IMG/VR virus record: IMGVR_UViG_2698536471_000008
Source of the DNA: a virus
Lineage: Duplodnaviria; Heunggongvirae; Uroviricota; Caudoviricetes
Length of the DNA: 36,707 bases
Direction: 5' to 3' (one strand)
Part shown: piece after piece, positions 1 to 9,538 of the stretch
How the letters are laid out: every line of letters starts with the position of its first letter
Numbering within the stretch: position 1 is the first letter of the stretch
Program-made: the position numbers and the translations under genes
Notes under the pieces: generated by a model
Database searches by the model: none
What the model saw: only the letters and a program-made list of their open reading frames with translations
What the model was told of the DNA's origin: nothing

Positions 1-7
1 CAGAGCC

Positions 8-33
8 TTCCCCCAAACCAACGTTTTAGTCTT
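8..33. other. cix-like 26-bp crossover site for the Cin invertase (gix/hix family)
   Basis: TTCCCCCAAACCAACGTTTTAGTCTT has the AAACC-NN-(C/G)GTTT core and imperfect dyad typical of hix/gix/cix sites as I recall them; lies about 55 bp upstream of cin. Confidence 0.5.
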
Positions 34-87
34 AATCCCTACCTATACCAACGATGTATTTTTAACTAAACAAAGAGGTTGTTTTTC

Positions 88-660
88 ATGCAAATTGGCT
101 ACATTCGTGTGTCAACAAATGACCAAAACACAGATTTACAAAGAAATGCACTGAACTGCGCAGGATGTGAACTGATTTTTGAAGATAAAATAAGCGGAAC
201 AAAGTCAGCCAGACCAGGCTTGAAAAAGCTGCTCAGAACGTTATCAGAAGGAGATACGCTGGTTGTCTGGAAGCTGGATAGGCTTGGCAGAAGTATGAAA
301 CACCTTATCACGCTTATAGAGGAGTTGCGGGAAAAAGGTGTTAATTTCCGTAGTCTGACAGACAGTATTGACACATCAACACCCATGGGGCGTTTCTTTT
401 TTCACGTCATGGGGGCTTTAGCAGAAATGGAACGTGAATTAATTGTTGAGAGAACACTGGCCGGACTGGCAGCTGCACGCGAACAGGGACGCATTGGCGG
501 ACGTCGCCCGAAGTTGACAAAAGAACAACATGAGCAAATAGCGAGGTTGATCGAAAATGGCTACAGCAGGAAACAGTTGGCAATTATTTACGATATCGGT
601 GTATCGACGATTTATCGTTATCATCCTGTAGAGAAGCGCCAAACTCAATCTGAGCTGTAA
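88..660 (+). CDS. cin: Serine-type DNA invertase Cin (Hin/Gin/Cin family)
   Basis: N-terminal GYIRVSTNDQNTDLQ catalytic motif and C-terminal HTH; RBS AAGAGG at 73-78 then ATG at 88 (the track start at 79 is an upstream TTG). Confidence 0.9.
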   Translation: MQIGYIRVSTNDQNTDLQRNALNCAGCELIFEDKISGTKSARPGLKKLLRTLSEGDTLVVWKLDRLGRSMKHLITLIEELREKGVNFRSLTDSIDTSTPMGRFFFHVMGALAEMERELIVERTLAGLAAAREQGRIGGRRPKLTKEQHEQIARLIENGYSRKQLAIIYDIGVSTIYRYHPVEKRQTQSEL

Positions 661-1095
661 TTCTAATGCCGCGTCGGTGTAATTTATCTTGATAGAATAG
701 GTACATTTATCGCGCGGCACATCAATTCGATGTATCTAGCGCCTGCTGACCGCTAATGAAAACTGTCCTCGAAATGTTGTCCCTAGCCCGAGACTAGGGT
801 ATCACCTCTGGAAAGCATACGCAGAACCTTTTTTAACCCAGGGTGCCCAGCCTTTTTGCTGCTCGCCTTATTCGCAAAAATTAGCTCACATCCTGCGCTT
901 TCAAGTGCTTTTCACTGCATAGCTGTGTTTTGTTCATTTGTCTATATGCGTACATAGCCTATTAGCATATTTTCTGCCCACTATCGTTATTTATTGCAAG
1001 CTACAGGTTTTAATTAACAAAACCAGTGTGTGTGGAAATCACAAAGTGCATACCGTTCTCAGATGTTGTTCAACTTACTGTTGTATAGGTAAAAA

Positions 1096-1359
1096 ATGAC
1101 ATTTTATGTACATATCGTGATGTTATCCCTTCTTGGTGGGGTGTATTCGTATTTGAGTGGGCTATGTGAAAACCGTTACGAGTCTTCATGCAAGAAATTG
1201 CTGGCCGAATGTATTTCCGCCGTACTTGCTGGCTTTATTGGCATGTATCTCGCGGAATATAAGGATATGAATGAAAGCCTTCAGAGCTGCATGGTTCTTA
1301 TTTTCAGCGCCAATAGCAGGCTTATTATTGAAGGTTCCAAAAGTCGGTTGAATAGGTAA
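1096..1359 (+). CDS. Small membrane protein, possibly holin-like (two hydrophobic segments)
   Basis: 87-aa ORF with AGGT 7 nt upstream of ATG; hydrophobic stretches VHIVMLSLLGGVYSYL and LLAECISAVLAGFIGMYLA; first ORF of the operon after a 435-bp leader. Confidence 0.4.
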   Translation: MTFYVHIVMLSLLGGVYSYLSGLCENRYESSCKKLLAECISAVLAGFIGMYLAEYKDMNESLQSCMVLIFSANSRLIIEGSKSRLNR

Positions 1360-1433
1360 GTCTCTTATGCAACATAACCGGTTGAGAAGTTACTTTGCAT
1401 ACCATTACCTCCTGACAACGTAGGAGGGAACTT

Positions 1434-1763
1434 GTGCTTGACACACAGGAATTAGCTCCAGTTGCTATTGCGCTCCTGCTTTCAGTAATTGGTGGGATAG
1501 GCACGTTCCTGATGGATGTCCGAGACGGTCGCCAGTCTGGCAATTTGTTGGGATTGGTTACGGAGATCTTTGTTGCAGTGACAGCTGGCGCGGTGGCGTA
1601 CCTATTGGGGCAACACGAGGGCTGGGAGTTATCAATTACGTACTTAATGGTAACGATAGCCAGCAATAACGGTCATGAGGTGATTTCAGGGATGAAACGA
1701 GTGAATATCGATAGCATTCTGAATGTTCTTACAAGTTTGGTGAAAAAGGGAGGCGGGAAATGA
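1434..1763 (+). CDS. Holin-like membrane protein (LydA-type by position)
   Basis: GTG start 5 nt after strong SD AGGAGGG (1422-1428); two or three predicted TM segments; stop overlaps next start (ATGA at 1760). Confidence 0.5.
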   Translation: MLDTQELAPVAIALLLSVIGGIGTFLMDVRDGRQSGNLLGLVTEIFVAVTAGAVAYLLGQHEGWELSITYLMVTIASNNGHEVISGMKRVNIDSILNVLTSLVKKGGGK

Positions 1764-2203
1764 TTGGCTGGGGTGTATGCGTTCTTGCGTTAGCCTTAGC
1801 CGATCGCTATTTGCTAAAACGCAAGGACATCACGCATTTAGAACTTGGTGATGTGGAAATTAAACCGGGTTTCATCCGGGTGCCGTTCAAATACCGGTCT
1901 AAATTCCCGTTTTTGCGCGGCGCAACGGTCAGATATTGGATCCGCGATGTTCAGAAGCCGACGACAGTGATTGAAGGCGAACAACGTTGTCTGACGTCGG
2001 CTGAACAGGGCGAAAACAGTGAATGGTTGTACATACCCACTGAATATATGGGTAAAGGAGAGCGACTGTGGCATTTCAACGTCATGGTTACGCATGGCGA
2101 CTCGTTCATTAACCCGTTGTATCGGATTTTCCCTGTTACTCAGCAAATCCGCAGAAGTTACGTAATAAATCTCGCACAGGATGTGTCAGATGACGAAAAA
2201 TAA
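1760..2203 (+). CDS. LydB-like protein (holin antagonist by position)
   Basis: 147-aa ORF translationally coupled to the holin-like ORF; named by synteny with the P1 lyd/darA operon only. Confidence 0.45.
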   Translation: MIGWGVCVLALALADRYLLKRKDITHLELGDVEIKPGFIRVPFKYRSKFPFLRGATVRYWIRDVQKPTTVIEGEQRCLTSAEQGENSEWLYIPTEYMGKGERLWHFNVMVTHGDSFINPLYRIFPVTQQIRRSYVINLAQDVSDDEK

Positions 2204-2792
2204 GTATGCAACGGTCGATTTTGACCAGGTTAATGAAAAGGGGCTGAAATCCCTTATCGCGGCGATCAATAAAACCGGTGTTACGGTAATTGAGGTTGAC
2301 TCCAGCAACCGCGCAACAACGAAAGATGGCGTTAAAGTTAAAACCGCAAAGCTGGTTCTTAACGACGGACAAATTCTTGCCATACAGGTAAACGATACTG
2401 GCGATATATCGTCTGTGAGGCTGAATGGAAAAGCTATTCCTAACGCTCAGTCGCCGGATATCAAGACGCTTGGTACCGTCATGGGGCAAGCGGCCCGCAA
2501 AAACTCCGCAAAATTCCAGAAATCACTGATCGCCAAAGCGAAACGTGTTGCCAATCCGGTAGACAAGAAACCGGCAGTAAAATCCAACTTTCAGCGCCTG
2601 CAAGAGGCAAAACAGCGGAATGCTCAGGTGGTTGCCGCTTATAAATCAGCGCAGAACTCGGTGTCTTTCAATCAACAGCAGATCACTGATTTGCGGGCGA
2701 AGCTGGATAAGGAGACAGGCCGACTCAATAACGAAAAGGCCCGAAATGGCGAACTCAAACGCCGTCTTAAGCAACTGAAAGCAGGAAATTAA
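2190..2792 (+). CDS. Hdf-like head-associated protein (by position upstream of darA)
   Basis: ORF track gives 2181; the ATG at 2190 has AGGA 8 nt upstream and is the more likely start; coiled-coil-rich C-terminus; stop TAA at 2790-2792 immediately before darA. Confidence 0.45.
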   Translation: MTKNKYATVDFDQVNEKGLKSLIAAINKTGVTVIEVDSSNRATTKDGVKVKTAKLVLNDGQILAIQVNDTGDISSVRLNGKAIPNAQSPDIKTLGTVMGQAARKNSAKFQKSLIAKAKRVANPVDKKPAVKSNFQRLQEAKQRNAQVVAAYKSAQNSVSFNQQQITDLRAKLDKETGRLNNEKARNGELKRRLKQLKAGN

Positions 2793-2793
2793 C

Positions 2794-4749
2794 ATGGAAC
2801 AGTTCAATATCAATAAAGGGGTGACGATCAAGCCTGGGCTTGACGTGCTTCCCCCGCCAGTGACTGATGATGAATATCGCGCATTAATGGCCGGTGAGGA
2901 CCGCTATCTGATGACGGAATCCAACACCCTGGAGGAAATCGAGGCTACGTTCTTCTATGACACGCCGATCCACTGGTGTGCTACGGATTTACTGGAGGCG
3001 ATTAGTTCTACTCGTTTGCAGTTACACCGGACCATGCAGGCATTTGTCCGGGCATTGAACCAGAAGCTGAATGGTACCGGAATCTCTGCGGGGAGTGATA
3101 AAACGGGGGATGTGGCCCAGAGCGGCGCGCGCTCGATCGGCGGTGCTGAAATTGGCCGGGCACGTAACGTTAACGGGCTGCCGGTCCTGCCAGCCATTAT
3201 TCCGCTCAGTGATGGTCAGACTATCAGCATTCTGTTTCATAGCCCGACAGCGGAAAACCGGATCACCAATAGCGATACGCTGGTTGCTTTCCAGTTCTTA
3301 CTGAATAAAAAAGACGTTACTCACACCGTTGCTCCGATGAGTGGACGTGATATGACGCTGGCGCAGGTCACCATGAAACTTGCCAACCTTGCAGAGAAAA
3401 ACTCGGCAAAATTTCAGCGTGCGCAGAAGAAGAAAAAAGCCCTTGTTGATGAAATAACCCAACTACAGGCTGACAGTGACCAGAAAGAGGATGCCATGAG
3501 CGACCTCGTGGATCAGGTGGCAGCGGTAGAAGGGCAGAAGGTAGATCTGGAGCAGAAAATTAACGCTGTTGCATCGGAAGCGGATTCTCTTTATGAAGAG
3601 AATGAGCGTTTGCAGACGGAGATTGATCAGCTCAATCGCACTGGTGGGCGCGATACCATTGCTCCAGCGGGGATGACTGGTGGGCGCGATACCATTGCTC
3701 CAGCGGGGATGACTGGTGGGCTCTCTCGCGCGCTGACGGATCGCCTTGCCAGTATCAAAAATCGTATGCATATGGACGGGGAAGTGACGCTCAGTAATGG
3801 TGCATCAATGAAGCAATTCATTGGGGGCGGCGAAGGGTATATCCAGTTAACCGATCCGGATGGCAGCGTATACATGATCAAGGCTAAATCCATACAGGGT
3901 GTGGACATGGCAGATGCGATCGGCAAGCTGTTTAAAGCCTATAAAGCGGGTAATGTATCGGAATACCTGGTCCAACCAGAAGAACATAAACCGGAAAACG
4001 TCGAACCTGAACCAGCGGAGGATACCGGTAGCTCTTCGCCTGAACCAGAAGTCTCTGTAGGTGCATATCGATATGCCCTGCAAATGCGTCCGGCGGCCCC
4101 TGGCGCAATACCTGAAGGTAACAAAGCAATTCTGCCGCGCCCTGATGAAGGTGACCCGTATTATGAATATGCACGCTACGGCATTGCTACTTACGATACC
4201 CCGCTTTCTGATCAGCAAATGAGTGAGTACGACCTGAAGTTATTGCCTCGCGAGGATTCTTTCGACTTCCTGGCGAAGACACTTACTAATGGTCCGTTTG
4301 GCAAATATGCACAAAAAGCTCTGGAGCTGGCCACCAGCTCACCAGACGAGTTCCGCGTAATGCTGAAAACTCAGTTTCAAAAAACTTTCCCCAATATTGC
4401 GTTTCCTGGGGGCGCTGGCACCGAGAAAATGGTGCAGAGCATGATCAATGCATTGCAGGCCGAAGTCGGTGAGATTACTCAGCCAGAACCGGCCCCGGCA
4501 CAGCCTGATGAAACGGTTAGCGAAGCAGATGCAGAGGCTAATAAAGCCATTGAATATCTCAATAACGTGATGGATATGCAAAGCACTGACATGGCGGAGA
4601 TCCGTAACGCTCGGGGCAATGTCCGGGAAGCGATTGCAGCCCTTCAGGCTGCCGGACGTTTTGAGGAAAACGAAGAGCTGGTTAACGGCGCAGCTCGCCA
4701 CCTGGCTGATCTGTTGGTAGCAATCCAGAAAGCGGGGGTAGCGGCATGA
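2794..4749 (+). CDS. darA: DarA antirestriction / head-internal protein
   Basis: 651-aa ORF in the position and approximate size of P1 DarA (639 aa as I recall), with SD AGGAAA upstream; length difference matches the 12-aa in-frame duplication. Confidence 0.7.
   Translation: MEQFNINKGVTIKPGLDVLPPPVTDDEYRALMAGEDRYLMTESNTLEEIEATFFYDTPIHWCATDLLEAISSTRLQLHRTMQAFVRALNQKLNGTGISAGSDKTGDVAQSGARSIGGAEIGRARNVNGLPVLPAIIPLSDGQTISILFHSPTAENRITNSDTLVAFQFLLNKKDVTHTVAPMSGRDMTLAQVTMKLANLAEKNSAKFQRAQKKKKALVDEITQLQADSDQKEDAMSDLVDQVAAVEGQKVDLEQKINAVASEADSLYEENERLQTEIDQLNRTGGRDTIAPAGMTGGRDTIAPAGMTGGLSRALTDRLASIKNRMHMDGEVTLSNGASMKQFIGGGEGYIQLTDPDGSVYMIKAKSIQGVDMADAIGKLFKAYKAGNVSEYLVQPEEHKPENVEPEPAEDTGSSSPEPEVSVGAYRYALQMRPAAPGAIPEGNKAILPRPDEGDPYYEYARYGIATYDTPLSDQQMSEYDLKLLPREDSFDFLAKTLTNGPFGKYAQKALELATSSPDEFRVMLKTQFQKTFPNIAFPGGAGTEKMVQSMINALQAEVGEITQPEPAPAQPDETVSEADAEANKAIEYLNNVMDMQSTDMAEIRNARGNVREAIAALQAAGRFEENEELVNGAARHLADLLVAIQKAGVAA
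3641..3720 (+). repeat. Perfect 36-bp tandem direct repeat (2.2 copies) inside darA, encoding a duplicated TGGRDTIAPAGM block
   Basis: 3641-3676 and 3677-3712 are identical (CTGGTGGGCGCGATACCATTGCTCCAGCGGGGATGA), followed by a partial third copy. Confidence 0.9.
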
Positions 4750-5111
4750 CACTATCAGCTATTGAGTTAATGGATCTCAGCGATAAGTTGGATGCTCTGA
4801 TGTCCAAAGCGGCTACCGCGAGTGGCATGGAGTTGCTGGATATCAGCGATGAAATTGACCAGATCATGCAACAGATGGGGTACGGTGTGTCCGGCGGCAG
4901 TAGTGGCGAGGAAAAACAACCTTCGGTACATGATGGTGTGCCAAAACTGGTTGCTGATTTCCTGGCTGATAAATTCGTCGATCAGAGCACCGATGCATTT
5001 ATCGGTACCTTGCAGGATTTGAGTCAATATGTTGGCACATACATCGACCTGGACCAGGTTAAACAGCACACGGCGGCATGGATAGCCGCCAACATTAAAG
5101 AGGCAGCATAA
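4746..5111 (+). CDS. DdrA-like protein (by position)
   Basis: 121-aa ORF whose ATG overlaps the darA stop (ATGA at 4746-4749); acidic protein; named by synteny. Confidence 0.45.
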   Translation: MTLSAIELMDLSDKLDALMSKAATASGMELLDISDEIDQIMQQMGYGVSGGSSGEEKQPSVHDGVPKLVADFLADKFVDQSTDAFIGTLQDLSQYVGTYIDLDQVKQHTAAWIAANIKEAA

Positions 5112-5123
5112 GGCGTAACAGGG

Positions 5124-8111
5124 ATGAGCTTAAGCGATCAGGTGGTGATGGCCACCAGCATAGAAACGCTGATCGAGCTGCTAAAAAACCTGCCCGATTA
5201 CGGGCGGGTTTCGTATGTGGTGACAGCGAAGGGAGACGAGGTAAAAACAGCGTTTGATATCGTCGATGCCTCAGCTCTTTTGGTATCCAATACTCTGGAT
5301 GGGAAAATTAATCCAGACTATCCCCAGGAACTTCAGCCGCGCGACCGGACCCGCGCATCCAGCCTTCTTCAGGTCAACCAGATATCCAAAGATTTGCGGC
5401 CTGCTCAGCTTACTGATTCCGGTTTATCCAGCCATGGTGCGCCGATAATTGGTGAGGACAATGCCGTTGAGTCAGGTAATGGACGGACCATGGGGATCAT
5501 CAAAGCCTATCAGGACGGCAATGCGGATCGGTATCGTGAGTACCTGATTGATCATGCGACCGAATTCGGCATACGACCTGAAAAGGTTGAATCAATGACG
5601 GCTCCGGTACTGGTGCGCCGCCGGTTAACCAAGGTTGACCGCGTTCAGTTTGCCAAGGACTCAAATATTTCTGATCTTCAGGAAATGGCAGCCAGTGAAA
5701 AGGCTTTTGTTGATGCCGACAGCATAACACCGGCGATGATGGCGCTTTTTAACCCGTCAGAAAGCGGAGATCTGCTTAGCCGCAGTAATGACGCGTTTAT
5801 TCGCGGATTTATGACGCAAGTTGGTGCCACACAGGCGGCTGGCCTTGTAACGGAAGATGGGCGACCAACGCGGCAACTTGTTGACCGTATACAAAACGCG
5901 ATCTTTGCCAAGGCATATAAGGATGCGCGCCTGGTAAGGATGGTTGCAGAAGAACCTGATCCGGATATGCGTAATGTTCTGACGGCGCTTAATGCGGCAG
6001 CCAATGATTTTGTCCAGATGCAGGCTTTATCAGGAGAAGCGCACAAGCAGGCTGTGACAACTATTGTTGATGGCATTGAGACAGCGGATAGCCTCGATAA
6101 AAAGGCGCTGGCGGCATTGAAAGATGCGGTAGACCTGGTAAGGCAATCGAAGGAGTCAGGCCAGCATATTACCGATGTTATTGCTCAGGGGGATATGTTC
6201 AGCGAAACGGCCCCGGAAGTGAAAGCACTCGCGTTGTTCATCGTCGCGAATAACCGTAGCGCGAAGCGTATGGCCACCGCCTTTAAGTTGATGGCTCAAC
6301 GTATCAATGATGAGTTACAGCACCAGGGCCAGGCGCTGGGGGATATGTTTGGCGGTGGTGATGTGTCGTTACAGGATATCCTTCGCCAGGTGTCTCAGGA
6401 ACTGGAAAACGAAGGCATGCAAGGGATATCCGGCGGTCTTTTCGAGTCCGTTTCCGGCGGTAGTTACAATGGTGTTGCTCCATATACCAGTTTGCTATTA
6501 CATCGGGCATCCGGCATCAAAGACATTATTCATCTGATCAGGCTGCTTTCCCGTACAGATCCCCAGGATGAACAGCTTGTACAAGTGCTTGCGCATTTTG
6601 TTCGAATGCCTGTTGCCGACGTGAAAAAATGGTGCCGATTATTCGGTATCAGCAATTCGTTACTTCGCGGCTTGTTAAATCACGCATCCTCCCTTGGGCG
6701 CGATGGCTTTGACGAGATAGCGCAGGCGATAAAAAACGGAGATATGCCACCAGCTATTGACTGGTTTTCCATTCGCCCAACCAGGGTGAAAGCATTCCTT
6801 AGCGCGGCGCATTCGGCATCACCATTGGCAGAAATGGTTCAGAGGTTGTCGCTCATATTCACAGACCATACCGCGTTGGGTGATCTGACTCTGGACGAGA
6901 TGAAAGAAGCCTCCATTCAGTGGGCCGATCAACAAAATGAGGTTAACTATGACTTCTTGCCAGCATTCAGGAAGGCCGTTAGTAAAGCTGATGATGCCCG
7001 TGGAATTCTGAGGGCATTTAAGGCATTGCAAAGTCAGGTTAATAAACATGTCGGTGATATCGATGGGGTAACGGCGGAAGGCAGGGATATCCTTAAAGAG
7101 CACGGCATAACGCCAGAGTTTATTGATGAGATCAGGACTGATATGCAGCGTGAGGTCGTATCGTCCCTGCAAATCGTAGCCAGAGCGTTGGCGGATGCTA
7201 ATCCGAAGAGTGCGGCCATTGTTAACCGTGTTATTGGTGATATTGAAGCATCGGAGGGCATGGGGGCGCTGAAACTCTTCCTTTCGCGAGCGTTTAATCC
7301 TAACGGCAATATTCTCCCCGGCATTATTGGTGAGGCTAAAAAGTATGTCAGCGAAGAAGAACTTGAGCATCTTGACCAACTACTTAAGCGATTCTCATAT
7401 AATCCGCAGACACGCTGGCAAATGAATCAGCGAAGTATGGGTTCGGTCCACGAGAAAGTGTTATCTGCCATGAACAGTGCGATCGCAAACTCATGCGTAT
7501 CTGAAGAAAAAGCTCTTGAGTGGGCCGACTCTTTTATCACAGAAGAAGTGGAAGAAGCCCGCGCTGGACAGAATGGTGGGATAGACCTGCGCAAGGAACT
7601 TGCTGATATTTATCACCTGACCGGCGGGAAAATATCGACCTTATCAAAGGTAGTTCACCACCAGGGAAGGGCATATGCAAATCTAAATGGTGTTGTTGCT
7701 GTCAATTTGAACGATGAAAATGCAAGTGCACTGTGGCACGAGCTGGGTCATCATCTTGAGTACAGTAACCCTGGTTTGTTAGAGAAAGCCCGGTCATTCC
7801 TGAAGGCCAATGTTGAAGGGGATAAGCCATCTTTCGTCAATATCGGTGGGCGTGGCAAGCCTGAATGGTGCTTCAGATCTCGATTGAGTAATATTTATAT
7901 GGCGAAGGTATACCCGCCAGCCTCAGTAAGTAACACCGGGAAAATTCGGCAGAAATCACCGACTATTTCCAAAACGTCAGCAACGGAAGTATTCTCTATG
8001 GCTCTTCAGTTGTATCATGACAAAGAGGCCGCTGCCGCATCACTGATGAATGGTGACGGATTGCTGGAACTGTTATTAGGTGTGGCAAAGGAGCTAAATA
8101 ATGCAGATTAA
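5124..8111 (+). CDS. DdrB-like large protein (995 aa) with an HEXXH motif
   Basis: Long ORF downstream of darA/ddrA; contains WHELGHHLE (nt 7737-7751), a zinc-metallopeptidase-type HEXXH signature. Confidence 0.55.
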   Translation: MSLSDQVVMATSIETLIELLKNLPDYGRVSYVVTAKGDEVKTAFDIVDASALLVSNTLDGKINPDYPQELQPRDRTRASSLLQVNQISKDLRPAQLTDSGLSSHGAPIIGEDNAVESGNGRTMGIIKAYQDGNADRYREYLIDHATEFGIRPEKVESMTAPVLVRRRLTKVDRVQFAKDSNISDLQEMAASEKAFVDADSITPAMMALFNPSESGDLLSRSNDAFIRGFMTQVGATQAAGLVTEDGRPTRQLVDRIQNAIFAKAYKDARLVRMVAEEPDPDMRNVLTALNAAANDFVQMQALSGEAHKQAVTTIVDGIETADSLDKKALAALKDAVDLVRQSKESGQHITDVIAQGDMFSETAPEVKALALFIVANNRSAKRMATAFKLMAQRINDELQHQGQALGDMFGGGDVSLQDILRQVSQELENEGMQGISGGLFESVSGGSYNGVAPYTSLLLHRASGIKDIIHLIRLLSRTDPQDEQLVQVLAHFVRMPVADVKKWCRLFGISNSLLRGLLNHASSLGRDGFDEIAQAIKNGDMPPAIDWFSIRPTRVKAFLSAAHSASPLAEMVQRLSLIFTDHTALGDLTLDEMKEASIQWADQQNEVNYDFLPAFRKAVSKADDARGILRAFKALQSQVNKHVGDIDGVTAEGRDILKEHGITPEFIDEIRTDMQREVVSSLQIVARALADANPKSAAIVNRVIGDIEASEGMGALKLFLSRAFNPNGNILPGIIGEAKKYVSEEELEHLDQLLKRFSYNPQTRWQMNQRSMGSVHEKVLSAMNSAIANSCVSEEKALEWADSFITEEVEEARAGQNGGIDLRKELADIYHLTGGKISTLSKVVHHQGRAYANLNGVVAVNLNDENASALWHELGHHLEYSNPGLLEKARSFLKANVEGDKPSFVNIGGRGKPEWCFRSRLSNIYMAKVYPPASVSNTGKIRQKSPTISKTSATEVFSMALQLYHDKEAAAASLMNGDGLLELLLGVAKELNNAD

Positions 8112-8412
8112 AATCGCAGCGCCATTAGGTGGAGATGCCATTATCGAATTTGATGATAATGAAGAAGTTTCCGGGCGTTTAAGCATTATCTCCGGTGACA
8201 TTACCGAGGACATGATCGCTGAAGCCATAGCTGGGGCAAATCCCAATAGCTATATGGGATTCGTTAACACCCTTGATGCTCCCGCAAGTGATGTTCTCCG
8301 AACGCTGCATCTTTACGCTGGCTGGTTTGTTGATTGGCCAGCAGTAGATGGTGGCGATGAGGACGACGACGACGATGATTTTGGTGATCATGTAGACCAG
8401 ATCGTATATTGA
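8101..8412 (+). CDS. Small acidic protein (hxr position), last gene of the plus-strand operon
   Basis: 103-aa ORF overlapping the end of the DdrB-like gene; C-terminal poly-Asp tract (DEDDDDDD); followed by a terminator. Confidence 0.5.
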   Translation: MQIKIAAPLGGDAIIEFDDNEEVSGRLSIISGDITEDMIAEAIAGANPNSYMGFVNTLDAPASDVLRTLHLYAGWFVDWPAVDGGDEDDDDDDFGDHVDQIVY

Positions 8413-8414
8413 AG

Positions 8415-8440
8415 AAATCCCGCCAATTGGCGGGATTTTT
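8415..8440. terminator. Bidirectional intrinsic terminator between convergent operons
   Basis: AAATCCCGCC-AATT-GGCGGGATTT hairpin followed by T-run on the plus strand and a U-rich tail on the minus strand. Confidence 0.6.
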
Positions 8441-8443
8441 ACC

Positions 8444-9538
8444 TCACGAGAAACTCTTTTCTGATGTCAGCCAACAGTGCTCGTGCATATCTCTTGGTGG
8501 TTTTTCGACAAATGCCTCTTCAGCCACATCCTGCCAGGGGATTTGTTTAGCCCATTCAGTTATAGCGTTATGGTTTGCCGAGAATAACGGTATTGTATAG
8601 GCCTTCAGCCAGTCTAATGTGTTGGAGTTGTGTTTTTGAGCGTGATGTTTCGCATGGTGTTTGGCGATCACGATCGTAGGCACTACCCATTTACTACCGT
8701 CAGTCATTGTGAAGTGCATATTACGGGGAACAGATGACTTTTCCATCAACTCCCGAATCCCGGGGAATTTCCCCAAGATCAATCGGCGATATTCATCGCT
8801 ATTGCGCCCACCAAACTCTTTGGCTTTGAATTCAAGATATGCTTCAGAAACGAGAGGTGAATCCTCTGTGTTTAGAGTTATCGCCGTGAAAAAACCAGCA
8901 GGATTGTTTTTACTATGGGCCAACCGGTGATGCGAATCATAAAAGTACCCTTTCTCGCGTTCCGATGGTTTCGACAGCAACAGCAGGCGCGAGTCATAAT
9001 TGGTTAAATTGCCAGTTATCACTGCATGAGCGCGATCGCTGATTTCCGCCGAGTTAATAACGATGAAAAGATCGTGCGGTCCAGTAAAACCAGCCAGAGA
9101 CTCTTCGTTATTCAGACAATAGGTTATATAGACGCATCCCCATGTTTCACTGATATGCACCAACCCTTTGTCAGGGTGTATTCTGAAATAATTGCCAAGA
9201 AAAGGGTGTTTTTGGGTAACTCGCTCCCAATAACGGAACATATAGTCAATTATTGTTTTTCGACAATCGTTAATCGCAGGAGAAACAACCACTGTACGGG
9301 AACACGAATACAGTATTGTTTGCAGGATGCTAATCACTGCCACAATAGAGGTTTCCCCAATACCATGTGGTGTGGTGGCAGTGATTTTGGCTCCGGTGTT
9401 CTTTATCGCGTTAATAATTTTTGCTTGATGAGGTGTTAACTCAATATCAAGCAACTCTTTTGCTGCCAGTTCCCAATTGTCTTTATACCGTTCTATCAGT
9501 GCTAACCAGGCAGATTCATTCTGTATACGATTAATCAC
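8444..9538 (-). CDS. PacB paralog: terminase-large-subunit ATPase-like protein with degenerate Walker A/B and no nuclease domain
   Basis: Clear similarity to the in-window PacB across its N-terminal ~270 aa, including an identical [11 protein letters not shown] block; Walker A GHGTGKS is replaced by PHGIGET and Walker B IIDEASG by IVINSAE; ends at 364 aa with an unrelated C-terminal tail. Confidence 0.75.
   Translation of the reverse strand: MINRIQNESAWLALIERYKDNWELAAKELLDIELTPHQAKIINAIKNTGAKITATTPHGIGETSIVAVISILQTILYSCSRTVVVSPAINDCRKTIIDYMFRYWERVTQKHPFLGNYFRIHPDKGLVHISETWGCVYITYCLNNEESLAGFTGPHDLFIVINSAEISDRAHAVITGNLTNYDSRLLLLSKPSEREKGYFYDSHHRLAHSKNNPAGFFTAITLNTEDSPLVSEAYLEFKAKEFGGRNSDEYRRLILGKFPGIRELMEKSSVPRNMHFTMTDGSKWVVPTIVIAKHHAKHHAQKHNSNTLDWLKAYTIPLFSANHNAITEWAKQIPWQDVAEEAFVEKPPRDMHEHCWLTSEKSFS

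Noticed and set aside
4339-4752. Minus-strand ORFs inside darA (137 aa) and inside the DdrB-like gene (for example 6819-7379)
   Set aside because: Antisense to long co-oriented operon genes with coupled start/stop junctions; no independent signals.
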